Below are positions 26,468-39,778 of a stretch of DNA of 64,000 nt, one piece after another (position 1 is the stretch's first letter; each line of letters opens with the position of its first letter). The translations under genes were made by a program, and so were the position numbers. Below the pieces are notes generated by a model that worked only from the letters and a program-made list of their open reading frames with translations, had not been told where the DNA came from and did no database searches. This DNA comes from Marsupella aquatica (taxonomy: Eukaryota; Plantae; Marchantiophyta): assembly GCA_973895155.1 (NCBI GenBank), contig OZ316894.1:24240709-24304708 (forward strand), written 5' to 3'.

Positions 26468-27944
26468 AGTGGTGGACCTAGCCACGGAGCGCCCTCACCA
26501 ATCCCAACACTCACGTCTAAGTGCCCCTGGTGCCCGAACGCCTCCACGGAATACCTTGAGCAAACACCCTAGTGCCCCTTGCACCACCAGCGGCCCCTCC
26601 CATACAAAGTTGCACTTGCTCTCCTACATGACCGCTACCCAACGACCCTCACTGTCTGCACAAGCAACCAAGCACCTGGTTAAGTAACCCTTCAGGATCT
26701 AGAACTCGCCAAGTCTAGTATCCCAACTCAAGCTCGACAGACATTGGTAAATAGGTCAGCGATAGGTCCTCCCGATGCCATAAACTGGAACCAGAACCCA
26801 CGCCCACTGTTCGTCCATAACAGCTCCTTCCTTGGGCGCAGCCCGGGTTCCCCCTCGTACCTATCCATCACCAACTGACCGCCCTGACCTCAGGACATGC
26901 TCAATGGCCCAAATAGCGTAGCTTGTCCTAAAGCTTGTCCCAAGCTTGTCCCAAGCTTGTCCCAACACGCCGGGACCAGAATGGCCCCGACTCTAGCAAC
27001 CAACTCCCGGTCGCCTCACTGATGGTCTAGGGGCCGAACACTCTTGGGACTCAACCTCCACACCTACTTGGCCTTGCCTCCCCAACGCAAGCTCCCTTGG
27101 GAGACTGAATGCGGCTTGGCTGTTGTTTGGCAGGATTTGGTAAGCTGACAAGTTAACACCCGCAAACCCCGAGAACCCATGGTGCCCCCAGACCCAGCTG
27201 AGCTTTCCAACGCACCCAAGAAGTCCTCCAACGGACTTCCCGTTTCGTCATATCGTCATTTCCGTTTGACAATTTCCCTAAATGTCGCGACCGCCGTTGC
27301 TCACGACTTTGGTTCGCCCTTAGCCCCCAGGGAGACATCACTCCCCTCATATATGCTTCTGGAGACCTGCCACCCTCGGACCAGCTTGGTCCCTAAACAT
27401 TTGGCCCCCAATACGGATCTTATCGCGCATAATGGGCACGTCACCAATTGACAACGCCCATAACTTTCTCGTTAGGCATCCGCAAGCGGAGTGCCTTAGC
27501 TCGTTGTGATTGGGCCGACCTAGTGCTCATGCTTAGGTCCTCAGGTCTTATCACCGCTTGGGGCCCTCGATCGGCCCAACCCGGATCGGGCCATAACTTG
27601 GGCCCCAAGCGTCCGTTGCCCATGGCGCCAACTCCATTGGTCTTGGGCCCAAGAGGAGCTCACACTCAAGCCCTCAGAACTCAAAGCCCATCCAGAGGTC
27701 CGGACGGTCGTCCTTGAGCCCGGCCCATTTCCCCTTGACCCGACCAACTCTCAGCTAGTCCAAGTCTTTAGTGCGTGTCACCAGTTTGGCTCCCTGCCTT
27801 TGCTAGCGCCACGTCTCGTTGCCCACAAGTCTCCCCATGCTAAGTCCTCCCTGGATGGCCTATCCGGGCCTGGACCATAAGGGAGCTCGGCGTCGGAGTC
27901 AGCGATGCCGGAGCTAAGTGTTAAGGTAGTCGAGTTCCGCGACT
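26468..27944 (-). mobile_element. Copy 2 of the 1,477-bp AGT...ACT element, uninterrupted
   Basis: Ends AGTGGTGGACCTAG and CGAGTTCCGCGACT form an imperfect inverted repeat. Perfect 5-bp TSD TTTTC at 26463-26467 and 27945-27949. Confidence 0.85.
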
Positions 27945-29619
27945 TTTTCATTGCATCTCTCATGGAATCCAATGAATGAAATAGCTAGTAGTATTGCAGT
28001 CTTTCTCAATTGCGACCCTATGATGGATCCCCATGCCTGCCCGTGCATGATGAACAAACTAAACCATGGATCCCCCATCCTTTCCCATGCTTGATGAACA
28101 AAACAAATAGCCACAAAGAGTAGAGATAGATTTTGTCACACCATTCTGAGTAGTACGTGTAGTAGTATATCATGCTATTAGAGTATGTACGTTTGGTATG
28201 AGTGCTATTGGAGCCGATAAGGTTCCGTCAGGTTTGTGTGAGAGGGTACTTCTCACTTGTGAGACATTGAAAGGTCATCTTTCAATATTGAGCCTTGGAG
28301 AGAGAGGAGCTTGAGTGGCTATGGTGGCTGTGAGCTCCGCTTGTGTAACATGGATTCCTTGAGTAGTGCAAGGTGCATTGGCTTGACATACGTGTGTGAT
28401 CAGATCGGTGCGGGATCGATGGGGTATTGTTGACCGGGATCATTGTGCCGATTGTATTGAGATTATTGTGGGTTTTGGACATGTGTGGACATGAGTTCCA
28501 CTTGTATTTCATTCTCTTGTGTTTGTGATGTGGCAGTGTGACTATGTCTGGATGTATGTGACAAGCGATGTATGTTGTGTAGCGATATGTATGCGCACGA
28601 CAATTTGGAGGTAGAAGTAGAATTACTAACTTGGAAAACAATGGGTTTGTTCATTCACCCTTTTGGTAACCACCACTAGATATCAGAGTAGACAATGGCA
28701 TCATGACCAGTATGTCCTACTTGGATTTAATCCTGGTATTTTTCTGGGCATGTTCTATACTTGATTTTGACTATATCCAACCTGACTGGCTCTATCAGCT
28801 CGGGCAGATTATGCTGTGGTTAATTCCTTTGTGGAGGGGGATTACCCCCTGGCTAGTTCCTTGCTGCTTGGGTAATTTTTCCTGGGCGTGGGATGTGATG
28901 AGGATTGTTCCTGGGCTAATGAGGGCTCTAGACATACAATCATTCCTTCCTTCCACAGACTGTCTGTCCACAAGGAGAAGCAAGGGGTGAGGGGGAGAAT
29001 AAGGTGGTGGTGGTGGTGAGGGGGCGGGGGGTGAAGGGACACAGGGAAAACCTGCCTCTTTTGCCTTAGTAAAAGCAAATCATACGTGGAAACTAAAACA
29101 ATGAGGATGTAAGATCGAAAACAATAGATGTAATTAATATACAGTTGATATAATCAAAGTCAGTGGGCTAAAACAAATAGTAGAAATAAGTTTAAGAAAG
29201 AAAGAAATCAACGCTTACCCTTCCAAACTAACAAATGACGGTCCCATCTTCATGAAGCTTTGCCTGGATTAGTAACTCTCTGATCCTATGTTACTATTCA
29301 TAAACTACAAAGAATAAAATCACAGACAATGTTCAGACTTTGCCTCACTGGTGAGTATGCCGAGTTGTCTGACTGGATGACCTTATTGCCAGAATTGTCT
29401 TATATGGCAAATTTTGCTAGATTTTACCTAGCCAAATTGGAGGAAAGGACTTAACCAGGCTAATTCAAATTGTGGCAAGAAGTCCTGAATCAACTTAGCC
29501 AGACCCCTCCAACATCGTCTGGACTAGATGGGCCACAAAGATGGGTTCAGGACATCTCCTAATACAACTTCCCCTCCTGCATCTTTTGGACTTGATGGGC
29601 TGCAAAGATGTATTTCTGA

Positions 29620-29842
29620 CAGTGGACAAATCCAAAGAGCTTGGTCAAGTAGTGAATCCCTCTTTGCAGTCCATCAAGTCCGGAAGATGCTTGAGGGGCC
29701 TGGTTAAATCCGCTCCTCGCCACACCGGACAATCCAAACAGCTTGGTCAAGTCCTGAATCTGTCTTTGCAGTCCATCACCCCAAAGATGCCAGAGGGGTC
29801 TGGTTCAATCCTGGGTCTGGTTAAATCCTCTCCTCGCCACAG
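29620..29842. repeat. Local imperfect duplication of about 105-120 bp
   Basis: GGACAAATCCAAAGAGCTTGGTCAAGT...TTTGCAGTCCATCA...GGTTAAATCC.CTCCTCGCCACA occurs twice. Confidence 0.7.
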
Positions 29843-30734
29843 TGGGGGAAAAGGAAACACATGAAAACTTACCCTGCTGCAAGCCCTTTCCTGTCCAACA
29901 ACCCCCTTACGACTGCTGACTAGCTTGCGTCACAAGGCAGCCAGTCGTCATACAGCTGAATGCCTGATCCTTATACCAAGGAGGAACAGTATGTAGGACT
30001 TGCTGTCCCACTGACCCTCTTCCTCCCAGTTTGCGACCTCTAGTCTGGGCGCGAGGCACCACCATCATTCTTAGCTATGGTAAGAAGAGCATTTGCTTGC
30101 GTCATGGACATTTTCCCAAAGAGCTGCAATCTATTCGTCAATCGTCATCCTTTGAGAGTTGAGACGAACAACAGCAGCGGTCTTCAACCTCCATCGGTAC
30201 TATCTTTGAAGACTGCCTAGAAGTTCAAATCGTTCGTTTTTCTTGTTTCTGTTTTTTAAGATTATTACTGTACTTCGCCGTTGGGTCCTTTGTCGTGTCC
30301 ATTTGGTAGTTTCAATCCAGTTCTGTTGCGACTCTCGTCTCCTTTTGTTCTCGAGCGTTTGTTCCCAGTTTTTTGTTTTGTTTTGGGGGGGTGGGGAGGT
30401 GGGGTAACCTACTGTAGTCTTGTGCATCTGACTTTTATCATTCCCCTTCGCTAAGGATTTGTACTTTTGGTAGTTTCAATCCACGTTTGTTTCCAGTTTG
30501 ATTAAGGATTGGTACTTTGGTAGTTTCAATCCAGTTCTGTTGCGACTTCTCCTCTCCTTTTGTTCTGGATTGTTTGTTCCCAGCTTTTGTAGTTTCAAGC
30601 CAGTTCTGTTGGGACTTAGGAGGACTTTAGCACACCGTGGGGGCACTTGGGGGAGGGTTTTTCACCAAAGCAAACTGGAGGGCCATTGCACACACTAAAT
30701 AGTGTCCTGGGGCTAAAAGCATTTTTGGAATATT

Positions 30735-30921
30735 TTTATGGCCCCAAAGGTCTTGTAAAGGGAAGTGCAACCAGTGGTACTAATGTAGATTAATCTGCCA
30801 GAAGACAGATTGAGGACTCACTCCACAAATCCTTTTATGGCCCCCACTGTCTTGTAAAGGGAAGTGCAACCAGTGGTGCCAGATTAATTTGCCAGAAGAC
30901 AGATTGAGGACCCACTCCACA
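30735..30921. repeat. About 95-bp tandem duplication downstream of DXR
   Basis: GTCTTGTAAAGGGAAGTGCAACCAGTGGT...GCCAGAAGACAGATTGAGGAC.CACTCCACA occurs twice. Confidence 0.85.
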
Positions 30922-31568
30922 TGAATGTCACTTATTCTTTTGGCTAGAATTTTTTCACAGAATTACCTTTTAAATCTCGTGATTCACGTCACTAAGTTGA
31001 GAACCAAGTCGAGCACAATCATCTCTGAAGCGCATGGGCTGCTGGTTCCTTGCATAACCATTTACGGTCTAAGATTCCTCTGGAACTGTAGAGGGGCCCA
31101 TCCTAGCGTGCATCTGTCATGGCCTCACTCAGAACCCAGAAGTCACAAATGGACCAGAATATTATCAAAATTGGTGATCAATGGGCAGCGATCAATTCAA
31201 TGGGGCTTCCTGAATTATATTATGGAGATAAGATCCACAAATCGGCTTCCCCAACCGGGAGACTAGAAAAATGATGAGCTGGATTAGTTAGAGTTGTATC
31301 CTTCAATCCGCCAACTTTCTCGTGAGCTTACGCTCTGCCAACTCTATGTGAACAGGAAATTTCATAGGCAACTCCACGCAATCTAGGGTGTTAGCTACGG
31401 GTCCCAAAAATTCAGAGTTGGAAACTACCTGCAGGACCTACAATATCATGACTAAATTACAAGAAAATCCTACTAACGGATGCTCGAGATCAGCCTCGTC
31501 AAGTGCACCCTTTATTTTGTGTCAACAAGGTAAATGAATGAACCGATGCAGCGATATCCATGCCAGGT

Positions 31569-34500
31569 TCAGACAGGGACAGGCTGGCCAGCTTGATAGC
31601 GTTTAGCTACTTCGCCTGCATATTCCCGAGCCCATTGGTCATAGTGGACAATCTCTTCTAGTGAAGGTCTCAGTACAAGCTCTTGCCTATGCTTGTCACA
31701 AGTCTTTTCAATGACCTTGATGATGTCCAAGTACCCAATCCTGCAGACGTCCACATAGAGTGTTAGCACAGCCTCTAGCGTCACTCGTGATGCATGTAAA
31801 ATTGCGGTGACGCTTATTGGTAACAATAATAGAACGTTTGCATTCTGCGACTATGTTTAAGGCTGTTAGACCAGGGGCTAGAAAAACACTTGGGAGAAAC
31901 TTACTGTTCATCAAGAAAAAGTTCAACTGCCTTCTCATTGGCGGCGCTCAAAACACCAGTCATGGTGCCGCCCGCTCGCCCTGCAGCGTAGGAGAGGTCC
32001 ATGGAGGGGTACTTGGCGTGGTCTGGCTCAATGAAAGTTAAATTTCCCATTCTGAAAAAAACCAGATTCTAACTTGTCAATTCACAATTCATCTTGCCAC
32101 TCGTTACTTCCAATGTGTTGCTTTGTCAAGGAAAATTAGGTTAAAAACGTTAGCACGAGAACTTACTTTGTGAAATCTAGACGAGGCCATGTGATTTCGG
32201 AACAAGGTATTCTCTCCGGCCATGAAAGAGTGTAAAGAATGGGCAGCCTCATGTCTGGCCATCCCAGCTGTCCCAAAACCGACGAGTCCTGATGACAGTC
32301 CACCAAAAAATCAGATAATTATATCCTAATTGTAGGAAAATAAAGGGAACTTGCTGCCTGTTCCAAACTAAACCCGCTAAGCTCAAAACCGTTACCAGGT
32401 GACTGAAAGCTGGTGCCTAACTTAGTAACGATTAAGATTAGAGATATACAGTACCTGGGTTTCAACCATAGAGTGAATAATTGATTGTGGGTGGATAATG
32501 ATATCAATGTCGTCATAATCTGCTCCAAAGAGATAGTGTGCTTCAATCACTTCAAGACCCTGGGTACCAAACGCACCTGTCAGTTTCATGAGATTCGCAC
32601 GAAATATATGATGCCACTCTTTCGAAGGAGAAAAAATTAAATCGGAGACTGATTACCTTGTTCATTAGTGTTGCAGAGTCCACCGTGATTTTCCTTCCCA
32701 TACTCCAGTTGGGATGTTTCAAGGCATCTGCTACCTTGACGTCTTTCAGCCTTTCTACAGGCCAATCCCTACACAAAGACAAAAGATAGCTAAAGTTAGA
32801 TCTATCTCACCCAACCGGGAATCAGCAGCATTGACTCACGGTCGTGTTGCGGTTGTATATGGAAAGAAAAATCAATTGTCAACGAACCTAAAGGCACCGC
32901 CAGAAGCAGTGAGGATGATTCGTCGAAGTCCCCCTTCTGGCAAACCTTGAATGCACTGCATAGAGAAGGACGTTTGTGATACTCGTCCTACCAATTGCAC
33001 GTCTTAAACGGGATGTTGAACAAGAAATGCAAAGTCAGTATCGGCAGCTGTCTCGATACATGTAACGAATTTTTGGCTGGGTTGGAAATCAAGATTTTAC
33101 GCACGGAACGAAAGAATGAGACAGAATTATACCTGGAAGACAGCAGAGTGCTCTGAGTCTGCTGGTAAAATCTTAACTCCATGTTTCTTGGCGAGGGGCA
33201 GAACATATGGACCTCCAGCAATCAGCGTCTCCTTATTTGCAAGAGCTATGTCTTTACCAGCCTCAATTGCGGCCACAGTTGGCTGGAAGTACAACCACTC
33301 GGTTATTAGCTAATGCAAAATAATTCCTGGAATGCACTCGTACTTTAGACAGGCATCGCGAAAGGTCTGGACAATAGCACTGAATCTATATACCTTGAGA
33401 CCAGCACAACCGACAATTCCAGTGACAACAGTGACGGCCTCTGGGTGTCGAGCTACCTGCCAGGCATAAGAATCCAACATTGTTAGTAGATACGCAGAAG
33501 AAAGATGTGACGAAAAATCTTCCTGCATCAAACCCCGAGTTGTGTGAATTGACTGAAGGATTTCGAAATGATTGGGGGCCTGAATAGGTTGCTTAGGGGG
33601 GTCAGATGAAGATACGATGATGGAGCCGTGTACAGTGTCAAGCAATATGCGACGACAAACGGCCTACCTCCACAATCCCCGAATCACCAACAACAATCTC
33701 AGGCTGAGGATGGACATCGGCAATAGCTTCCTTCAATTCCGCCACCAGATCGGCAGAACGAATCGAAACCAGGCTCGGCTTGAATCTTTTGACCTACAAC
33801 CGGAACAGAGTAAAATTGAAGTAAGAAAGGAATCAAGTCGGTGAGAAAGGGGTTTTCCAAACAAGAAACTTATGTATCACATGAGCCAGTCGCTAGACAA
33901 AGCTTCCGAATGCAACCAACTGCCAAGGTCATCATCCATCAATCGTTACCTGATCAGCGAGAAGAGTGATATTCGAACCGGCAGCGAGGGCTACCACCTT
34001 GAATCGCTCGGGATTCTCAGCAACAATATCGAGAGTCTGTCGTGACACACGAATATATTAAAAAAAAAGGGGTAAAAATTATGAGACGGTATCTAAATTC
34101 GACAAGGTCAGATTCACAAGTTGTTTCATCCGGAAATCTCCCACTTGTGTAATATAACAGGGACGAACAGGGTTACTTGTATCAGATGTCCTCTCAAAAT
34201 ATAATTACTGCAATGTTTCAAAACCAAACTCGTCTTAGCAGAGATTGAATATTACCCTTTCAAGTTCTCGTGAGAACAATCTCGTTAAGCATTAAATGGT
34301 TTACACCTGAGGAAACCTTGGTGACATTAATTTTGTAGGTTTATGAAATTGTTGCAGTGAGCATTCAGTTGGGAGGGAAAATCCTTGTCTTTACAGTTCG
34401 GCTGGAGTTTTGGGAGTTACAAGTACATGCCCGAGCGGCAGAGTTTACCAGAACCCTTATGTGCATACTAAGTCTTACCTGAGTGCCGATGGAGCCGGTG

Positions 34501-35300
34501 GAACCGATAAGGGAGATGGGTTTGGGACCGTCGTAGTTTTTCTTTATGTTCTCATAGACCGCCCTACCGGGCCAAGCAGAAGGTGGTCCGTTGGCACCAG
34601 AGCATTCAATGCCTCTGGCTCCTCTAGATAACGATGAGGCCCTCAGTGACTTTCTCCAACTGCCAGACACCGCACCTGCATGCAAGCAGACAAATTATCG
34701 TCAAACTTTGCACCTTCAAATATCTCATATACCACTCAACCCTCCTCGACCGCAGAGGTTAACGACAACCGATCCTCTAAATCAGAAAATGAATTTTGAG
34801 TCTTCAGAAATTAAGACAAACTACGTAGCACAATCCTCGTTTAATCAGCTGAGAGACTACGTCGGAGCATGGCAATCCAGAGAGTCTCTACGAAGAATTG
34901 AGTTTCATGCCTTGCAGAACAATAACAGTGTAACCATTCCAGTGTCACCCTTAAACAACCAACCACTCCAACGACGATAACAATGGCCCGAGAAAGACGC
35001 AAACCTTCAAGCTTGCATCCTGCGAAGGAATCCACAGATCTCAGTCCCTTGTCAGCCTGAACAATCAACCAGCCACCACACGACACCCATCAGAATCAGA
35101 ATGAGCTTCACGACTCCTATTTTCCTAATCATCTCTCACTCTAATTACACCCATCCCCATCATTGCGCCCTCTCGAAAAACCCGACACGACCAGCGACAA
35201 CGGAGGAAGAGCACTAAACACTCACTGGAGCTCGTCGGACTGAGAACAGAGCCGCAGGAGACCCGGATACACAGGTCATAGCTGCAGCCTCCATCGCCAT
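31569..35300 (-). CDS. DXR: 1-deoxy-D-xylulose 5-phosphate reductoisomerase, plastid, about 491 aa; exons 35300-35226, 35056-35005, 34675-34479, 34036-33950, 33793-33668, 33456-33394, 33282-33133, 32955-32888, 32768-32657, 32559-32455, 32288-32167, 32051-31905, 31740-31569
   Basis: [83 protein letters not shown] and [12 protein letters not shown] introns with phases summing to an intact frame. The first two transit-peptide exons are less certain. Confidence 0.97.
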
Positions 35301-36479
35301 TTCGGGCCCAGTCTGCTGCTGAACTCCAATCTAAGCTTTCTACGAGCGAAGAAATCTTCACGCCTCTCCGCACCTCTGTTCTGAATGCAACTGAATTTCT
35401 ATCCTTCCTTCCTTCCTTCCTTCCTTCCTTGATCACCACCGTAGCACTCTCTGACTCTAGTTGGTTGCCCACCTTCCCACCTGCTTGGATGGATAATCCG
35501 GTACTCCTGCCTCGTTAAGATCGGAAACAAGAATCATTGTGGGTTGCCCTCAACACATTCACCGCTACTCTCCTGTACTCAGCCACAGCACGAAAGATCC
35601 GTTCCCGGAAAAGCGGAGAAGGGTAGGATCCGACATCCGTGAGAGACAAAACGATTTCGCACTATGCAATCTACGCCGGCATCTTGTCTAGCAAGGTCAC
35701 AGAAATGCTCCCCGAGTCAAATCAACCCCGCAAGAGCCCGGTTTAAGGCGGAGCTACTGTACTCCACCTCCTTATGCTGTTGTTGAGCGAGGAGAATCGA
35801 AATGCAGGCTTCTCATTCGCCGTGCTCATGGTCACCATACTCGCCATCTGGGCCTCGTCGATTTGCCTGCTTCCTCTCTGTGGGTCTATCCATCCACAAT
35901 CATGGCCTCGAGCTCGAGGCGAAGGGAGATGGTGGCCAAGATTGTACTTTTTCCACTAGAGTGTGTGAAGGAAAAAATACTCAAAAGATTCATTATTCAG
36001 TTCTTTCACTGACCGTCAGATCTCCCTAGATTTAAGGCTGCCCGTTAGATTCTGGCTGATGGGGCCTGAAATTAGGTGGAACACTGGGCCAAAAGTGTTG
36101 AAATATTTTGGGGGAGGTGTAATTTGGCGAATTTTCGCCACTAGGAAAAAACACTGCTGATGGGTGACCTGCAATTAGCTGTAATCAGTAATCTACTCAC
36201 ACATTTCTACGTGCGTGGAAAACGGGAAAGGCAATAAAGGGTGAGCGGGTCCCATGCGATCTTTGCCCCCGAGCTCCATCTGTCAATGAACGCCAGTGAC
36301 AAGCAGCTACGACCAATCGAAGCAACCCAACCCGATGGGGCCTCTCCACAGCTGTCTTTCTATCCCCCGGATGACCGGCGTCCCTACTGCAGTCCCTGTA
36401 CCACTACTTCTCAGTCTACTGTAGTGCCTGGTGAGTCAATGCAGTTTGTAATCCAATTTCTTTGACCCACAATTGCCAC

Positions 36480-36605
36480 CTCTAAAGAGCTACAGAGGTA
36501 CCCCTCTAAAGAGCTACAGATACCTCTGTAGCTCGTAGTATAAAGTGTAAAGGTTCACGAATGGGTGGTGAGTGGTTCACCTTTTATTGGCAAATACTCC
36601 ACCTT
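36480..36605 (+). repeat. Dispersed repeat fragment with an inverted copy at about 62600-62715
   Basis: GGTGGTGAGTGGTTCACCTTTTATTGGCAAATACTCCACC matches the reverse complement of GGTGGAGCACTTGCCAATAAAAGGTTATGCACTCACCACC. Confidence 0.7.
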
Positions 36606-37999
36606 TTATGATGAACTCTATTGACCATAGGACAAGAATGAAAAGTTGGATGAAAAGTAGCAGGGAATGATTAAGGGAGACCAGTCCTTGTATAGGCATT
36701 AATGACGTCCGGACTTGGCTGCCCGCCCTCTGCCTGCCTGCTCCCAGCAAAACCAAAATTACCACCATTTTTTTCTCTGGGTAACTACACTCTTTATCGG
36801 GTTCTTTACAGTATTTAGTGTCATGAAACATTTAGTGTCACACACACTAATTAGATGTAACCCTTGATTTCAACCAAGTTGCACTATTTACCGTCACCCC
36901 TAATTTTGAAAAATAAATTAACATATTGAAAAATATTGATAATCAGAGGTAATAATGTTATTGGTGGTAACCCTAAACTGGACCCACCCCAAAGTTATCC
37001 GGATTACCACTGACATCTCTTTGTGTGTATGTTCTTAGAAAGTTTCTTTTGTGTTTTAGCTTGTCAGTCTTTGTGAAAGGAGGTTGACATATTGATAACA
37101 TGGCGGGAATGGATTGGCCATCATAGCTGGATTTGCTAGACCAAGGGAAAGAGAATCCGAGAGAGAATCAACACTATGTCAAAATCTCACTGGTAATTAA
37201 TTTGCATCTCCTTTGGCTTATCCTCGTTGCACTTCAAAAAATGAGAAATGAAGACCCCAAAAATGTGGGGACTGGGACACGGAGCACATTTGGGAAATTG
37301 ATAAATCCAGGCAAACATTGGTTTTTGCCATTGGCAAGGGACTTTGTAGCTGAGCTGAATAGTTATGTTGATGACATGACATGTTTTGTGCACAAGATTC
37401 AATGATAAACACCGGTTTGTCTCTAAATGTGAATGGTGTATAGTCTGAAAATCAATTTACACCTAAACTTCAAAATATCATAGTAAAGTATTGAGTGAAT
37501 TTTGAAGGGAGTCAATTTGGCTTTGACATTGATGCTACTGTTGAAGTGGCTCCTGATGTTGGTGAACCAGGTGAAGAGCCGGCTCAACCCACTTCTCTTG
37601 GGGCTCTATGCTGTCTTGCAAGGATGAGACACAAGGGACAGTTTGTAGGAGAGTGAAAAGGATGTTAGTTCGTAGCTTATGTGAGACAACATGTGTTATT
37701 ATAGTGCTACCAAATTGTATTAGCATCCTAAGATGCATTAAAAGAACCCATAATTGTTTTCTGAAGCCCTTTTGGGCTGAGATTTTTACGTTGCTTCATA
37801 GCTTTGGTACCTCCTTACTATTGAGGGAAAACCGGAGAGATACGTAATGATTGAGAGAAACCAGCAAGCACATACATTGACACAAGCGATGTGGGGTTCA
37901 CCGTGGCAGGGGTTTGCCAGTGTTGGTGTATATGGTTTCTGGTTTTTTTCATGGTGTATGTTGATAGTTTCCTTAATTCCCAAAACTTACCAATCATCA

Positions 38000-38031
<32 letters not shown>
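38000..38031. repeat. (AAT)n microsatellite
   Basis: About 10 direct AAT units. Confidence 0.9.
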
Positions 38032-38033
<2 letters not shown>

Positions 38034-39585
38034 TCAAAACTAAGGAAAACTTACCACTCAGCCCGGCTCATCAAACCAATCACTCACATGAAAGAGGTTG
38101 AAGGGAATTAAAGGAAAATGAAAAAGTGAGATAAGAAACTACTCAAACCAGTAGCAAATACTTGTAGGAAACTTGTAAAGAAAAGTAAAGGGAACAAGTA
38201 TCAGAAAGATTGGACTCACATATTTACTTACCCCCATGGGAAGGTCCTTCCAAAATCCTTAGAAGCACGTGCAGTCACATCAGCACTATTGGTCACAAAC
38301 AAGAACGCTTTGTTATGCAAAAAACACCAAACAAGACTATGTGGATTTGAACAAGTCAAAGAAAAATAGTTACCCCTTGAAATTGTAAAAACAATTGAAA
38401 ACTAAAAAATATGATTTCAAATGAACAAAGAAATAGGTGAAAAGGGGATAAAAAAAAAAAACCTTTGGATGGGTTGTGATTGATATGTCAGTGTTTTCTA
38501 GTAAATTGTATTATTTAATCAACAATTTTAGGAATAACCACATATGGGTAGAAAGATACTCTTCAACTACTGTACTAGATACCAAGGTAACGTAAGAAAC
38601 CATTCTGTTACTATAGAAAAAGGAAGGTACACCCCCGGGTACACCAAGGGAACTTAAGAAACCCACCCTTTGACTCATAAAGTTATCATTTTGCTAAAAA
38701 AAGTATACTTCCAGCAAGTCGCACCTTTTGCAAGAAAGACAACTTACAATAGAAGACAACAATAGAATCTTTGAATCTTCTGCCATCAGGCAAAACAAAA
38801 AAGAGGGGCCTGGATGTAATTGCACATCAAAAAGCAACAACATAGTGTACTATGTTTTGTGGCAATTGCCCAAAGGTTAACTCTCAACTCGCATGTGTGA
38901 GTCCTGAAAAATGTGGCCCTTGGGCCTGAAGAAAAAAAAAGGGTAAGTAACAGCAGATTATGCATCCAAACAAAAAAAGGGAAACCCTTGGACGTACTAC
39001 TATTTATAAAGGAATGTAATTAAGAAACCCTTTGGCCTCTATAGCATTTTGCATGGATTATATGGACATAGGAATACCAAGGGAATGTTGTGCATGATGC
39101 ACTTATTCCCTAAATAATCTACTTGTTTTTTCCTCTCATCTCCATATTCAAACCTATTCCAATATGCAACTCTTAGTTCATGTGTTCCCATCCAACCATG
39201 TAGCTTGCACAGTTGAGTTGGATATTTTCTATTCCTCGTCTGGGGGGGTTCACTATTTGGAGGGCCATACATCACGTGCAACGTTTTAGAGTTTGACCCC
39301 CCTAACTTATAAGTGAAATTTTTTTTTTTGCAAAATCCTTTCTTTCTTTAAATTTTGTCATTTTTTATTAGAAAACCCCTAAAAACTTTCAAGAAAATAT
39401 TTTTTACAATTAAAGAGGCCTATTTGTTCTTTAAAGTAGACCAGTCAATAAAACATGCCCTATGTGTTCTTCCACCAAACTTTGGAAGTCTTCCGCCACA
39501 CCCATTTAAATGGGCCTATACTTCGTCGCACGTGATGTGCCACTTCCATGGAAGTGACCCCTGTTGGGTATTTACTCTTACGTCT

Positions 39586-39778
39586 AGGTTAGGTATGACG
39601 TGGTTGGTACAACAACGTGGGTTGGTACAACTACGTGGTTAGGTACAACTATGTGATTAGGTACAACTATGTGGTTAGGTACAACTACGTGATTAGGTAC
39701 AACTATGTGGTTAGGTACAACTACGTGATTAGGTACAACTATGTGGTTAGGTACAACTATGTGGTTAGGTACAACTAA
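39586..39778. repeat. 18-bp tandem array in the copia-2 LTR U3 region (also at 45714-45906)
   Basis: About 10 copies of G(G/A)TTAGGTACAACTA(T/C)GT. Confidence 0.95.

Noticed and set aside
28140-28700. His/Thr-rich minus-strand ORFs
   Set aside because: Compositional bias from GT-rich sequence, many stops and no domain.
37133-37405. ORF containing YVDDM, a copia RT-like motif
   Set aside because: No other RT motifs lie at the expected spacing, so it is probably chance.
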